A stretch of 64,000 bases of DNA from Myxococcota bacterium (GCA_039208735.1 JBCCQY010000002.1:96001-160000); one strand, 5' to 3'. Shown: positions 38,464 to 49,092, numbered from the stretch's first letter. Translations and numbers: made by a program. Notes: generated from the sequence alone by a model not told the origin.

Positions 38464-40388
38464 TCGTGTTGACCTGGCTTGCCTGCACGTCGGGCACCAT
38501 CGTGACCACCGAGCTTCCTGAAGGCCGCGTGGGCGACGTTTATTCGGCCGCGATCGAGGCCGACAAGCGCCGCAAGTGGGTGTTTACGGCCGAAGGACTC
38601 CCCCCCGGCCTCATCCTCAATCCATCGTCGGGCATCCTCTCGGGAGTGCCTGAAGAACGCGCTGAAACCACCTTCACGGTGCAGGTGGCCACGCCGAACG
38701 GCAACCTCAAAGGCGAGCAGGATCTGACGCTCAACGTGCTGGGTCCTCGCAATCCGAACTGTGGGCGAACGTTCACCGGCGACTTCTCGGCGGCGAGCCC
38801 ATTCGGCGACATCGCTTGGGATCTGGACAGCTGGAAACTCCTCGAACTGCCGTTGCCGGGCGAAGAGGTCGAAGAGATCTCGTTCGAAACCACAGGATCC
38901 ATTCAGCTGTACGCGGGACTTCCGGGGATCGACGTCGTGGCTGGAGAAGCCACGCCGTTCGTGGACGTTTGGGGCCTCGACTTTGGGGAAAACCGTATTG
39001 GATGGAACACCCTTCCCCATCTGGGTGCGCTGCAGGCCTCAGGACGCCCATTGCAGCTATTGGTCGTCGCGTTTGGCGTTGGCGAGTGGTCGATCGAGAC
39101 CGCCTGCCGTGCATCACCGGTGCTCGAAAGCACGGGGATCGGATCCTTCCCCGTCGGACAACGGGCCCAGGGCTCCTTCCGGGCCACGAAGTACGACGAA
39201 GAGATCGTCGTCGAGGCGCTCGATCCGGTCCCCGAAGGCCTCGAGCTGTTCGAAAGTGGTGGATTTGACGGCATTGCGGAGGAAGCTGGGCTTCACCGCT
39301 TCAACATTCGCCTGACCCGCACCACTACCGGCGCGCAGACGGTCGCTGAGGTGGCCATCGGTGTCTACGAGCCCATCACCCCCGAATGCGGCGAGACGGT
39401 GCGCTTCGAAACCACGTCAGGCCGCTTTGCCCTCGACGCCTTCCCAGAAGCTGTCAATGTCGATGGTTTCAGCGTGGTGGAGGTTCCCTGGGCCGACCAC
39501 ACCGGCCTTCGCTTCGACCTTCTGCTCGACGATCCCAAGCAGGCCGACTCGGCTGACGTTCGCATCATCGAGCCAGAGGCGCGGACCGTCGGTGACTCCT
39601 TGTTTGGGCCCTGGACCGACGTGGTGCAAAGCAGCCCCCAGACCTGGCCCCCAGCGAGCTTCTACCAAGTGTACCCGCGGTTCCGCCTGGCGATCAGCGA
39701 TTTTCTTTCTGTCGCTGGCGAATTGACCCTCACCTGCGAAGATGGGCCGCTGCCCGCTGAGACGCAGCTGCCCTTGTTGGCCGCTGGATCCCCTTTCGAG
39801 ACGTCGCTCGAAGCGGTCGGGGGGACACCTCCCTATTTGTGGTCGGCGGCGGGGTTGCCGAAGACCGTGACGCTCGACGGGGACGGAACGTTGAGGTCGA
39901 ACGGTGAGGACTTTGGTTCCGCCATGATCGACGTCACCCTCGAAGACGCCATGGGTCGCATGACGACCACTCCACTTACGCTGTGGTCGTCGGTCGAGGC
40001 CGCCTGCGACCGTGTGATTTCCTGTGGAGCGACCCAGACGTTCGAGGTGGCGAGTTCCTCCCCTCAAGTCGTCTGCGTACCTCCCGAGGATGTGCTGGCA
40101 TCGGACTGGGTTTCGTACGACGTCCGCTACGATGGCTTTGGCGAACCAGGGTTGCTCGAGCCGGGCAACTTCAACCCCAGCGAAACCCTCGCGCGATTCA
40201 CAGCGTACCAGGGCGTATTGGCCGCTACGCGAGGCACGGGGGGCACCACGTTTGCCCTCGAACGCTACGACAACCGAACCTGGCCACTGGTGGCCACTCA
40301 GGGTTCGGGCATCGACAAATGGACGGTGTGTGCCCAGTGCGGCACGGGACTCACGCCGAGCAACGACGAGTTGTCCTGCGCGGACTGA
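38460..40388 (+). CDS. Lipoprotein with putative Ig (He_PIG) domains
   Basis: LAC lipobox; LPEGRVGDVYS..GLPPGLILNPSSGILSGVP; GGTPPYLWSAAGLP. Confidence 0.75.
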   Translation: MIVLTWLACTSGTIVTTELPEGRVGDVYSAAIEADKRRKWVFTAEGLPPGLILNPSSGILSGVPEERAETTFTVQVATPNGNLKGEQDLTLNVLGPRNPNCGRTFTGDFSAASPFGDIAWDLDSWKLLELPLPGEEVEEISFETTGSIQLYAGLPGIDVVAGEATPFVDVWGLDFGENRIGWNTLPHLGALQASGRPLQLLVVAFGVGEWSIETACRASPVLESTGIGSFPVGQRAQGSFRATKYDEEIVVEALDPVPEGLELFESGGFDGIAEEAGLHRFNIRLTRTTTGAQTVAEVAIGVYEPITPECGETVRFETTSGRFALDAFPEAVNVDGFSVVEVPWADHTGLRFDLLLDDPKQADSADVRIIEPEARTVGDSLFGPWTDVVQSSPQTWPPASFYQVYPRFRLAISDFLSVAGELTLTCEDGPLPAETQLPLLAAGSPFETSLEAVGGTPPYLWSAAGLPKTVTLDGDGTLRSNGEDFGSAMIDVTLEDAMGRMTTTPLTLWSSVEAACDRVISCGATQTFEVASSSPQVVCVPPEDVLASDWVSYDVRYDGFGEPGLLEPGNFNPSETLARFTAYQGVLAATRGTGGTTFALERYDNRTWPLVATQGSGIDKWTVCAQCGTGLTPSNDELSCAD

Positions 40389-40391
40389 CCC

Positions 40392-41927
40392 CTACCCGTC
40401 GTCACCACACGGGTGGATGGGTTGGGGCGAGCAACTAAACAGGGAATCGACGTACCGGAGTTCGTCGGCAAGGGTGTCGTCGACGTCGAAACAGCCCCCG
40501 CTGAATACCTGGGGGCCTTCGGCGTAGGCGGCTCGGTAAACGCGGTCTCGAGCGCCGGTTCGATGCACCGCGGCCACGGTCTCTGAAAACGCAGGGCCTC
40601 CACCAAGCACCGTAAAGTTGGCGATTCGGGCTGCCGTCACCGGAGACGCCACATAGTTGTCAGGGTTGCTGTCGCTTTCGAGACCCCGCTGACCGCCAAA
40701 CGTTCCGAATCTCACCAATGCCCACTGAATCTGCCCGGTAAACCCGAATTCAAGGTCAATTCCATCGTCTCGGGGTCCGTTGCACACGAGGTGGCTCACC
40801 TTGGGCGCCCCGCCAAACGCCCGGAGGCAGTCCCCGTCTGAGCCCAGCATCTGAACGTAGTCGATGGTGGTGGCCGAACCGACGGCCTCGAGGGTGAGCG
40901 CGTCCAGGCGGGTCTGCGCTTGTGCCAACGCGCCCGCTTCTGCAATGACGACGTAGTTCAAAAAACCGCTGCTTCCCTCGTTGGTGCCTCCCCCAAAGAA
41001 GCGCGGCTGAAACGCCGCCGTCGAGGGGCTCTGCGCCTCACCGTAGTCACTTCCCACGCTCGTGTTGAGTTCGCCTCGGCCCGACAACACCAAACCGCCC
41101 CACAGCCCTCGGGAGGACAGATTGGTCGGATCACCAAAGATCAGGTTGTACGTGGTCGTCGGGTAGGCTTCGAGGGCCCCCATCACGATGGGCTGCTGTG
41201 CGGTTCCCCGAGCCTGAATGCGAGAACCTCGGGTGATCACCAGGGCGGCCAGCGTCCCTGACGTCCCGTAGATCTGCGTCCCGGCCTCGATGGCCAGGTT
41301 CACGCGAGGAGGGAGCGGTCCGCCACCCAGTGGCCGGTCCCCCGTGCCCACACGAATCGACCCACCCAACAGGTAGACGTGGTCATTGGTGAGTTCGGTG
41401 TCGCTCAAGATGGTTTCCGTGATCGCACACACGGGAAACGACGCACCAAAGACGTCGACTTCGCCAGCGTCGGTGAAGCCCATGGGGCCACAACGGCTCG
41501 TCGAAGCCGGAACGATGACCCCGTCGCGGATTTCACGTTCGAGAGGGTGGAAGAAGCCACCGGGAAACCCACCATCGACGGAGCCACGGTAGGTCCATTC
41601 CCCCCACCAGGCTGGTCCCTCGGGATCGACCGCACCGTAGTAGTCGTTGCGAGCAAACCCTGATGGCAGGGCCGTGCTCGGCGGAGGAGCGTCGCTTAGC
41701 ACCGCATACGTCCCAGGGTTCACCGACACCTTGGGCGTGAGGTACTCGATCTGCCCCTGATCGACCGCCTCCTGCTGAAGGCAGAGCGGAGGCGGTGGCG
41801 ACGTGTCGTCGGGCGAGGTGTCGGTGGTGGTGGCTGGGGGCGTGCCGATCAAGTCGAAAAAGAAGATGCAACCTGGCAGCGCGAGGGATGCGGCGACCCC
41901 AAGGATCAGGGGTCTTGCGATGCGCAT
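40392..41927 (-). CDS. Beta-helix-type surface lipoprotein
   Basis: LPGC lipobox; LAIEAGT, ITRGSRIQARGT..PIV, WGGLVLSG, SSGFLNYVVI, DDGID, GLESD; GGAGG RBS. Confidence 0.75.
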   Translation of the reverse strand: MRIARPLILGVAASLALPGCIFFFDLIGTPPATTTDTSPDDTSPPPPLCLQQEAVDQGQIEYLTPKVSVNPGTYAVLSDAPPPSTALPSGFARNDYYGAVDPEGPAWWGEWTYRGSVDGGFPGGFFHPLEREIRDGVIVPASTSRCGPMGFTDAGEVDVFGASFPVCAITETILSDTELTNDHVYLLGGSIRVGTGDRPLGGGPLPPRVNLAIEAGTQIYGTSGTLAALVITRGSRIQARGTAQQPIVMGALEAYPTTTYNLIFGDPTNLSSRGLWGGLVLSGRGELNTSVGSDYGEAQSPSTAAFQPRFFGGGTNEGSSGFLNYVVIAEAGALAQAQTRLDALTLEAVGSATTIDYVQMLGSDGDCLRAFGGAPKVSHLVCNGPRDDGIDLEFGFTGQIQWALVRFGTFGGQRGLESDSNPDNYVASPVTAARIANFTVLGGGPAFSETVAAVHRTGARDRVYRAAYAEGPQVFSGGCFDVDDTLADELRYVDSLFSCSPQPIHPCGDDG

Positions 41928-42044
41928 GGGTCCTCCAACGGTCCGCATGGGGTTGACGATAGGGCAACGAAACGCGACCCGCTGCACCGGGGTTGTCGGG
42001 TGCACGACGGCGTAGCCAAATTAACGGTCTACATCGGAGTCTCG

Positions 42045-42791
42045 ATGACCCGCTATGACACGATTGGTGACCGCTACAGCGCACGGCGAAGAGAAGATCC
42101 GCAGATCCGAGCGCGCATCCACGAAGCCCTGGGCAACGCGCGCACCGTTGTCAATGTCGGAGCCGGCGCAGGGTCCTACGAGCCCCAAGACCGCACCGTA
42201 TTCGCCGTCGAACCGAGCCATGTCATGGCCGAACAACGCGCGCCGGATCGACCGGCCCTCCGGGGAACCGCCACGGCTCTGCCGTTCTTTGACGGGTCCC
42301 TCGACGCCGCGATGACCGTGTTGTCGCTGCACCACTGGGACCCTGACCAGGAAGCGGGGGTGCGCGAGATGGCCAGGGTCGCTCGGGACACGATCGTCAT
42401 CTTGACGATCGATGCCGAGGTTTCCGGTCGCATGTGGCTCATGGCGGACTACTTTCCCGAGGTTCGAAACCGTGACTTCGCGATCTTTCCCCCACCCGAG
42501 CAAATCGCGGCGTGGACCGGTCGCCGGGCCACGATCGAGACCATCCCGGTTTCGAGGACGACGCCCGACCACTCCCTGGCATCGTTCTGGGCGCACCCTG
42601 AGCGGGTCCTCGATCCGCTGGCACGGCAAGTCACCTCGGGATTCGCTCGCGAACCTCAGGCCGTGATCGACCGAGTGGTCGCGGCGGTCCGGACCGACCT
42701 CGAGTCGGGGGCGTGGGACGCTCGCCACGGGGCCCTCCGCCACCTCGAAGAAGCGGATGCGGGCCTGCGGCTCATCGTCGCGAAGTCGTAG
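42045..42791 (+). CDS. Class I SAM-dependent methyltransferase
   Basis: VNVGAGAGSYE, LPFFDGSLDAA, LHHW. Confidence 0.88.
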   Translation: MTRYDTIGDRYSARRREDPQIRARIHEALGNARTVVNVGAGAGSYEPQDRTVFAVEPSHVMAEQRAPDRPALRGTATALPFFDGSLDAAMTVLSLHHWDPDQEAGVREMARVARDTIVILTIDAEVSGRMWLMADYFPEVRNRDFAIFPPPEQIAAWTGRRATIETIPVSRTTPDHSLASFWAHPERVLDPLARQVTSGFAREPQAVIDRVVAAVRTDLESGAWDARHGALRHLEEADAGLRLIVAKS

Positions 42792-42793
42792 GG

Positions 42794-44440
42794 TCAGAAC
42801 AACGCGACATTCAGGAAGAATGGTGTCAATCCGTTCTGGCTGTCCATCACCAGGTACAGCGTCTCGTCTTTGGGCGAGAGGTTTGTGTAGGTGAGGGCCT
42901 CGGTCGCGTTGATGGACAGATCAGCCCCCGAAACACAGGTAAATGCATCGTTGCAGTTCGAAAGCAGGTAGAGGGATGGATTCGACCCCGGGGCCTCGAC
43001 CGACACGGACAAGGTGGCCCCCGCGGGCACCACCACCGGCGCCATGGCCTCACCGCCGGGTGCGGCGGCTCCCGTACAGCCGCCTCCGCCGGGATTGAGG
43101 TCGCCTGCGTAGGCAGTGAAGGCGGCGTAGTAGTTGCCTGGCGTGAGCAGGGCGCCGCTGTCGATCGACTGGCACGTGTCGAAGAGTTCCGGGGCTGGCA
43201 GGACGTCCAACGTCACATCGATCGTGAGGTGGCTCGGCTCTGCGAGGCCCTCGGTATCGGTGATCAGATAGATACTTTGCGTGCGATCGCTAAAGTTGAA
43301 GTACTCGGCGAACTCGGGCGCGTTCAGTCCCCCGACGTTCGACGTGGCCACGCACGGCCCACAGCTACCGTCCAGCGGGGCTTCCGTGAGGGTCAGCACG
43401 GCCGAATCCCCGTAGGCGGTCGCCTCCACGGTGAGCCGAGCCCGGGGCGGAACCTCGATCCGCTGCACCACGTCGCGACCGACCTGCTCCACCGGGCACG
43501 ACAGCGAGACGTCGTTCGTGGCGTCCGCCAAATCGACCCAGTGGTCTCCAGCCGCCAACGGAGCCAAGCCCCCCGCGAACTCGCAATCCGCGGCCGCGCG
43601 CGCTTCGTCTCGAGCCCCCACTTCGAGGTAGCGGGCTCGAAAGGGCGATTCGCTCACCGCAATGAGGTCAACCACATGACCAAACTCAACGATCTCGCTT
43701 CGATACCATCGACGCAGATTCAGATCGATTTCGGCCTCAAAACCGGGCGAGGGCAACCCTCCAAGGGCAAACAGTCCGTCGTCCTTCAATCGATACTGAC
43801 GTGAAAATACGGGAATCGCCGAGTCGTGCACCACGTCGAGCGTCACGTATTCCGCTCCTGTCGGCACCCACTCGATGATCAGCGCATCGCGATTGGTCAT
43901 CTGCACTTCCGATCCCGAGCGCGGATCGACCGACTGGATGTGGGACCCCACAAAGAGATCCTGCTCGCTGGAGTAGGGAGGCCAAGCCCCCGCCCATGTC
44001 AGGCCAATCCACCGATTCTCTGGGACCGACGCAAGCATCGAGTCGGCGTACCAGAGTTCTTGGGTCTCGGGGTCCTCGACCAGGGGCAACTCGCTGTCGC
44101 CAAAGCTCACCGTCTGGCCGAGGTAGCGCGTATCGTACGGCCCCAGGTTCAAGTTGCCATTGAGCGGCACAAAGTCACCGTCGAATGCGGCGGGTTCGGG
44201 AAGACATGGTTCGCCGAACGCCCGACACAGTGCCAAAGTCGCAATACCGGGGCTGGTCCCGACCCCAATGGCCGCCGCCTGCGAAACGCCTGTGGTCTCG
44301 TTCGTGAGCAGCATGAATGAGCCGTAGTCCCCAGGAAGAAACTGGGTCTCAAGACCTGAGTCAGTGGCTTCAGTCGGCTCGACGCCCGGCGCGGGAGGCG
44401 TTGAGGAGCAGCCCCCTAAGAGGACAAGGATCGACAGCAC
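42794..44440 (-). CDS. Lipoprotein with pre-peptidase-C-terminal (PPC)-like beta domains
   Basis: LGGC lipobox; two modules ending E..YFN..IYLITD / EALTYTN..LYLVMD. Confidence 0.7.
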   Translation of the reverse strand: MLSILVLLGGCSSTPPAPGVEPTEATDSGLETQFLPGDYGSFMLLTNETTGVSQAAAIGVGTSPGIATLALCRAFGEPCLPEPAAFDGDFVPLNGNLNLGPYDTRYLGQTVSFGDSELPLVEDPETQELWYADSMLASVPENRWIGLTWAGAWPPYSSEQDLFVGSHIQSVDPRSGSEVQMTNRDALIIEWVPTGAEYVTLDVVHDSAIPVFSRQYRLKDDGLFALGGLPSPGFEAEIDLNLRRWYRSEIVEFGHVVDLIAVSESPFRARYLEVGARDEARAAADCEFAGGLAPLAAGDHWVDLADATNDVSLSCPVEQVGRDVVQRIEVPPRARLTVEATAYGDSAVLTLTEAPLDGSCGPCVATSNVGGLNAPEFAEYFNFSDRTQSIYLITDTEGLAEPSHLTIDVTLDVLPAPELFDTCQSIDSGALLTPGNYYAAFTAYAGDLNPGGGGCTGAAAPGGEAMAPVVVPAGATLSVSVEAPGSNPSLYLLSNCNDAFTCVSGADLSINATEALTYTNLSPKDETLYLVMDSQNGLTPFFLNVALF

Positions 44441-44539
44441 ATTCACCTCAGTGGCACACGGTCGCGCCGTCCATCTATGCCCGCCGCTGCGGCACGCCGT
44501 CATCGAATCGCGCTATGGTGGGTCCGCAAAGGCAAGACG

Positions 44540-45139
44540 ATGGCAGCGCGTAAGCCTCCAAACCAGCCTGAGATCGACCCCGACACGCTCAGCACCCTGG
44601 TCGACGAGCCGGCTCCCGATTTCCTTGAGGACTACGAAGAAGCGGACACCAAGCCTGGGACGTTGCCGCGTTCCCTTGCTCCACCGGCCGGGTCCGGCGG
44701 TGGGTTCGAGGAAGCGGAAACCGACGCCCAACCGCTCGGTCTCCTCGATGGCGCTTGGCCAGATGAATCGCCGTCTCCCGATCCGTTCGGCGAGGCGGAG
44801 ACCGAGGCTCGCCCCCTGAAATCGAGGTTTGAAGAGATCGCCACCAAAGCACGACCCCGGCCCACGCTGAAAGTGGACTCCTTGGTCCCGCCTGCGCTAC
44901 TGCGCAAGGGCGACGCGGAGGCCACCATTCGGGTTCCTTCGGAGCCGCCCGAGGCCGTGCGGAGCTTGCGAGCCGCGGAGAGACCAGACTCCACAGGCCT
45001 GACGAGCAAGGTGCCTCGACGCGCCAAGGTCGATCCCGAACAGGCCTTAGGCTTCATGACGGTGGGACTCGTCGTGGGACTCGGACTATCCGCCCTCATC
45101 GGAACCATTATTGTCAGCTGGCTTTTCGCCTCTCAGTAA
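44540..45139 (+). CDS. Low-complexity acidic/Pro-rich protein with C-terminal TM anchor
   Basis: Repeated EEADT/EEAET/GEAET/EEIAT; terminal hydrophobic helix. Confidence 0.6.
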   Translation: MAARKPPNQPEIDPDTLSTLVDEPAPDFLEDYEEADTKPGTLPRSLAPPAGSGGGFEEAETDAQPLGLLDGAWPDESPSPDPFGEAETEARPLKSRFEEIATKARPRPTLKVDSLVPPALLRKGDAEATIRVPSEPPEAVRSLRAAERPDSTGLTSKVPRRAKVDPEQALGFMTVGLVVGLGLSALIGTIIVSWLFASQ

Positions 45140-45187
45140 ATCTTGATCCACGCCAATTCGCCGGAACATTGGGCTGGAGGCCACATC

Positions 45188-45760
45188 TCAGAGGGTCGGA
45201 GCCCAGCCGGCCGCTCCCCCTTCGAGCTGGTGGAAGAAGTGGTAGACACTGCAGAACGAGTCACCGGGTCCATAGAACCCTTTGCCCGTTCGACGTAGAC
45301 CCTGCTCCGTCTTCCGGTAGGTCGCAAAGCCGGGCATGAGTTCGGTGAACGTGGACCCATCGTGCTTGGCAAATCCCTCGTTCACGGCGAATCGAGTTTG
45401 ACCGTGACTCACCATGGGAAACTGCCACCCGCGCTGGGCGGCAAACGCCCGTTGGGTGGCCGGATCCTCTGGGCTAATCACCACAAAGGCGGCCCGACGG
45501 ACGAGGTGTGGGTAGACCCCGTTGACCTCGTCGGCCCACAGGGTGCAGTACGCACAGCTCTGGCCCATGTTGAAGGACAGGATGAGGTCCTCGTGCTCGC
45601 CGAACAATTCCGACAGGCGAACATCACCATCCGGCCCCTGCAGTACCACATCGTCGACCGGACCATCGGCCAATTCACGTTGCAAGGACGCCATTTCGGC
45701 TTGGGTCGCATGGAGCTGTTCGTGGAGTTCTCGCAGACGCTCAAATCGGGGATCGGTCAC
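45188..45760 (-). CDS. DUF899-family thioredoxin-like protein
   Basis: LSELFG..LI, CAYC, RGWQFPMVS, GPGDSFCSVYHFF. Confidence 0.8.
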   Translation of the reverse strand: MTDPRFERLRELHEQLHATQAEMASLQRELADGPVDDVVLQGPDGDVRLSELFGEHEDLILSFNMGQSCAYCTLWADEVNGVYPHLVRRAAFVVISPEDPATQRAFAAQRGWQFPMVSHGQTRFAVNEGFAKHDGSTFTELMPGFATYRKTEQGLRRTGKGFYGPGDSFCSVYHFFHQLEGGAAGWAPTL

Positions 45761-45831
45761 GCGTCCTCCTTTCCTCCTGGCTAACCGGCCTGTCGTAGAC
45801 CCACGCCCCCACGGTCAGGCATCATCAGGCC

Positions 45832-47343
45832 ATGAGCCACCTTCTCGACGCCGCTTTGGCCGCCGGACGCGGCAACGCCGTCGCCCTCACGACGCAGGAC
45901 GACGTTTCCCTCACCTACCAACAGCTCAAGAACGCAGCCGTGAACGTGGCCTCAGGCCTCCGAGGGCTGGGGATTCGGCGCGGCGAACGGATCGTGCTCG
46001 TCCTCGACGACACGCCCTCGTTCTACGCGACCTTCCTGGGTGCCATGCACCTCGGTGCGGTGCCGATCCCCGCGAATTTCCTCTCACGCGCCGAAGATCT
46101 CGCCTACTTCCTCGATGATGCTTACGCCGTAGCCATGGTGGTCGATGGGCCCTTTGTCGAGAAGGTGGCCCCCATCCTCGCAGCGCGGCCCTCGGTTCGT
46201 CCCATTGTGGCGAATGCCCCTGCACCCCGAGGCGCCGCCTCCCTCGACGCCTGGCTAAGCGCCCCCACGCCAACCCTGCCCGCAGTGACGATCCACCCCG
46301 ATGATCCAGCATTCTGGCTCTACAGTTCGGGATCCACAGGGCGGCCCAAAGGCGTGGTGCATCGGTACGCGAGCCTGAAGGCGACCGCGGAGCACTACGC
46401 CAAAGGGGTGCTCGGGATGGGCCCCGGTGACGTGATCTACTCGACGACTCCGCTCTTTCACGCCTACGGACTCGGCAATAGCCTGACCTTTCCCTTGTCG
46501 GTGGGGGCGCGGGTGATCCTGTCCACGGGCCGCCCCGACCCACACAAAATCCTCGATCGGGTGCGAAAGCATCTGCCGACCCTCTATTTCTCGGTACCTG
46601 CACTCTACGCGGCGCTGCTCGCGACGCCCGAGACCGCGACCGTCGATTGGTCGCGCGTGCGCCACGGGGTCAGCGCGGCCGAGGCGCTTCCCCCGGACGT
46701 CGGGCGGCAGTTCCAGGCCCAAACGGGTGTCACGATCCTGGATGGCATCGGGTCGACCGAGATGCTGCACATCTACTGTTCAAACCGTGCAGGGGAGGTG
46801 CGGTTCGGAACCTCGGGCACGCCCGTCGAGGGGTATGAGCTGGCCATTCGCGACCCCGATGGGGCGGTCTGTCCACAAGGCGAAAGCGGTGAGCTCTGGG
46901 TGAGAGGGCCGAGTAGCCTGATGCAGTATTGGCACCTCGTCGATCGCACACGGGCCAAGCTCGTCGGCGACTGGTTGGCCTCGGGTGACCGGTACCACGT
47001 CGACGAAGCAGGCTGCTATGTCTACGAGGGTCGTGTGGACGACATGATGAAGATTGGCGGCCTGTGGGTGTCTCCGATCGACATTGAGAATCGCCTCATC
47101 GAGCACCCCGCAGTCCACGAGGCGGCCGTGGTTCGGGTGATGGTGGAAGAACGGAGCCGAATCGCGGCACACGTCATTCTCAGTGAGGGCCACACCGGCT
47201 CGGAAGGACTGGTGAGCGAACTCCAGACCTTCTGTAAGGAGGCGCTGCAACGCTACCAGTTCCCCCACGTCGTGCACTTCGTCGATGACTTTCCCCGAAC
47301 TGCGACCGGCAAAATCCAGCGCTTTAAACTCCGCGACCGTTGA
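45832..47343 (+). CDS. Benzoate-CoA ligase family (aromatic acid-CoA ligase)
   Basis: AFWLYSSGSTGRPKG, FHAYGLGN, SAAEALP, DGIGSTEMLHIY, PRTATGKIQR. Confidence 0.9.
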   Translation: MSHLLDAALAAGRGNAVALTTQDDVSLTYQQLKNAAVNVASGLRGLGIRRGERIVLVLDDTPSFYATFLGAMHLGAVPIPANFLSRAEDLAYFLDDAYAVAMVVDGPFVEKVAPILAARPSVRPIVANAPAPRGAASLDAWLSAPTPTLPAVTIHPDDPAFWLYSSGSTGRPKGVVHRYASLKATAEHYAKGVLGMGPGDVIYSTTPLFHAYGLGNSLTFPLSVGARVILSTGRPDPHKILDRVRKHLPTLYFSVPALYAALLATPETATVDWSRVRHGVSAAEALPPDVGRQFQAQTGVTILDGIGSTEMLHIYCSNRAGEVRFGTSGTPVEGYELAIRDPDGAVCPQGESGELWVRGPSSLMQYWHLVDRTRAKLVGDWLASGDRYHVDEAGCYVYEGRVDDMMKIGGLWVSPIDIENRLIEHPAVHEAAVVRVMVEERSRIAAHVILSEGHTGSEGLVSELQTFCKEALQRYQFPHVVHFVDDFPRTATGKIQRFKLRDR

Positions 47344-47419
47344 TCCCCTACGCATTCTTCCTTGGGCACGATGACGGGAGCGGTTACCCCGCGCATCCCT
47401 CACAGATGAACCGAGTGGA

Positions 47420-48667
47420 ATGGAAGCCACAGAACTCCGAACCGCCGCAGAACAAGCGGCTCGCCGAGAGGCCCTTCAGGTCCTGCGCATCGTCGCTCCC
47501 GTGGTGTCCATCTGTCTGGCGCTCGAGGGACTGTCGCACATCATCGAAACGCCGGAAAGCACCCACCTCATCGCCTTTCCCTTTGTCGCGTCGGTGGTCC
47601 TTGCCGCCATCGGACTGTGGGCAGTGCGCCAAAGTGAGCCCATCGCCTCGGCCTGGCTTTTGATTCCCTGGGGGTTCGTCTTTGCTTCGAACGTCCAACA
47701 CGTGTACGGCGGGGCCCCGACGGGAGCCGTGCTTTTCATGTGTGTCGGGCTGTTGGGCCTCGCCGCACTCGTGCTTTCGCCCGGACCCCTCCTCGTCGCA
47801 GGCTTCATCAGCGTTTTGGGCATCACGTGGGCTAGCTACGTCGCATTCGATCGGTTGTTCTGGGTTTACCCGGCCATCGTGGTCCCTATGGCCGGGGTCG
47901 TGAGCTGGTCTCGGCGACGAGCGGTCTTCGAAGCAGAGCACCGGCGCATCGTCGAAGAACGCTTGGCCATCGAACGTGCACGCCTCGAGAGCCTTCGGCG
48001 CACGCAGACGTTGGCGGCGGGGCTCGCGCATCACTTCAACAACCTCCTGGCTGTGATCGTGGGCAACACCGAGCTGCTCGCGGAAGACGGAGCGCCAAAC
48101 CAGGGCGACGAACTCAGCGACATCATTGCGGCCGGCCGCCAGGCTGCGTTGATCGTGGAAGACATCTTGGCCTACTCCGGCCACGCCCCACTCCACGAGC
48201 GCGTTCAGCTCAACGCGGCGGCCCTGCTCGACCAAACGCTGGTCCGCGTCGAACCCGTGGCTCGGGTGGTCGTCACCCGAACCCAACCCCTACCCGCCAT
48301 CACCTGTGAGCTGGAGCCCCTCACCAAGGCGCTCGCCCACATTGTCCAGAACGCGCTCGATGCGACTTCCGAAGCGGCAGTTCAGGTGGCCATGCAAGCG
48401 ACCACCAGTCGGCTCATCGTCGAGGTGTCCGACCAGGGGCCCGGCGTTCCCGAAGCCGCGCAACCTCACGTGTTTGACCCGTTCTTCACCACCCGCGGAC
48501 CCAAGCGAACAGGATTGGGCCTTGCCTTCGCGAAGGGGGTCATCGAAGGCCACGGCGGAACCATCGCCCTGACCAGCCAGGAAGGCCGGGGCACCCAAGT
48601 TCGCGTGGTTCTACCGCTGACCTACAAAAGACCAAAGGCCGCGCCAGCAACCCCGGCGAGCAGGTAG
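47420..48667 (+). CDS. Membrane sensor histidine kinase
   Basis: N-terminal TM helices, AHHFNNLL, NALDA, DQGPG, FDPFFTT, GLGL. Confidence 0.88.
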   Translation: MEATELRTAAEQAARREALQVLRIVAPVVSICLALEGLSHIIETPESTHLIAFPFVASVVLAAIGLWAVRQSEPIASAWLLIPWGFVFASNVQHVYGGAPTGAVLFMCVGLLGLAALVLSPGPLLVAGFISVLGITWASYVAFDRLFWVYPAIVVPMAGVVSWSRRRAVFEAEHRRIVEERLAIERARLESLRRTQTLAAGLAHHFNNLLAVIVGNTELLAEDGAPNQGDELSDIIAAGRQAALIVEDILAYSGHAPLHERVQLNAAALLDQTLVRVEPVARVVVTRTQPLPAITCELEPLTKALAHIVQNALDATSEAAVQVAMQATTSRLIVEVSDQGPGVPEAAQPHVFDPFFTTRGPKRTGLGLAFAKGVIEGHGGTIALTSQEGRGTQVRVVLPLTYKRPKAAPATPASR

Positions 48668-49059
48668 ACGATCACGAGGTAGCCTGGCACGGTGGCGATC
48701 AGCACGGCCAACCGAATCCCCCGGCCCAAACGGGACCCCATCAGGATGGGATGGCCGATGCGCGCCACGAGGTAGACGCCGCCGGCCACGGAAGCGGACA
48801 AAGGGCTCACGAACACCGCGTGCAGCCACATGAGCAACAAGAACGGCGGCATGTGCTCGAGCATGTTGAGCTGGGTTCGGTCGGCGGCCAGCATGAAGCG
48901 GTCCTGACCGAAGTAGCGGTCGAACTTCTCTCCACGTCCCGCATATTCGCGCCGCAGGCGCGACTTGACCCGGTTGATGCGGATCTGAAACAGGTAGTAG
49001 AGAAGGATGTAAGCCCCGGTCACGAGAATGGGGCCCTGATAGGGTGTGGCATCGATCAT
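48622..49059 (-). CDS. MAPEG family membrane protein
   Basis: ADRTQLNMLEHMPPF, YLVARIGH, 3-4 TM segments. Confidence 0.8.
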   Translation of the reverse strand: MIDATPYQGPILVTGAYILLYYLFQIRINRVKSRLRREYAGRGEKFDRYFGQDRFMLAADRTQLNMLEHMPPFLLLMWLHAVFVSPLSASVAGGVYLVARIGHPILMGSRLGRGIRLAVLIATVPGYLVIVYLLAGVAGAAFGLL

Positions 49060-49092
49060 GGTCGTGAGTCTAAATCGAAAAGGTTGGCGTCG

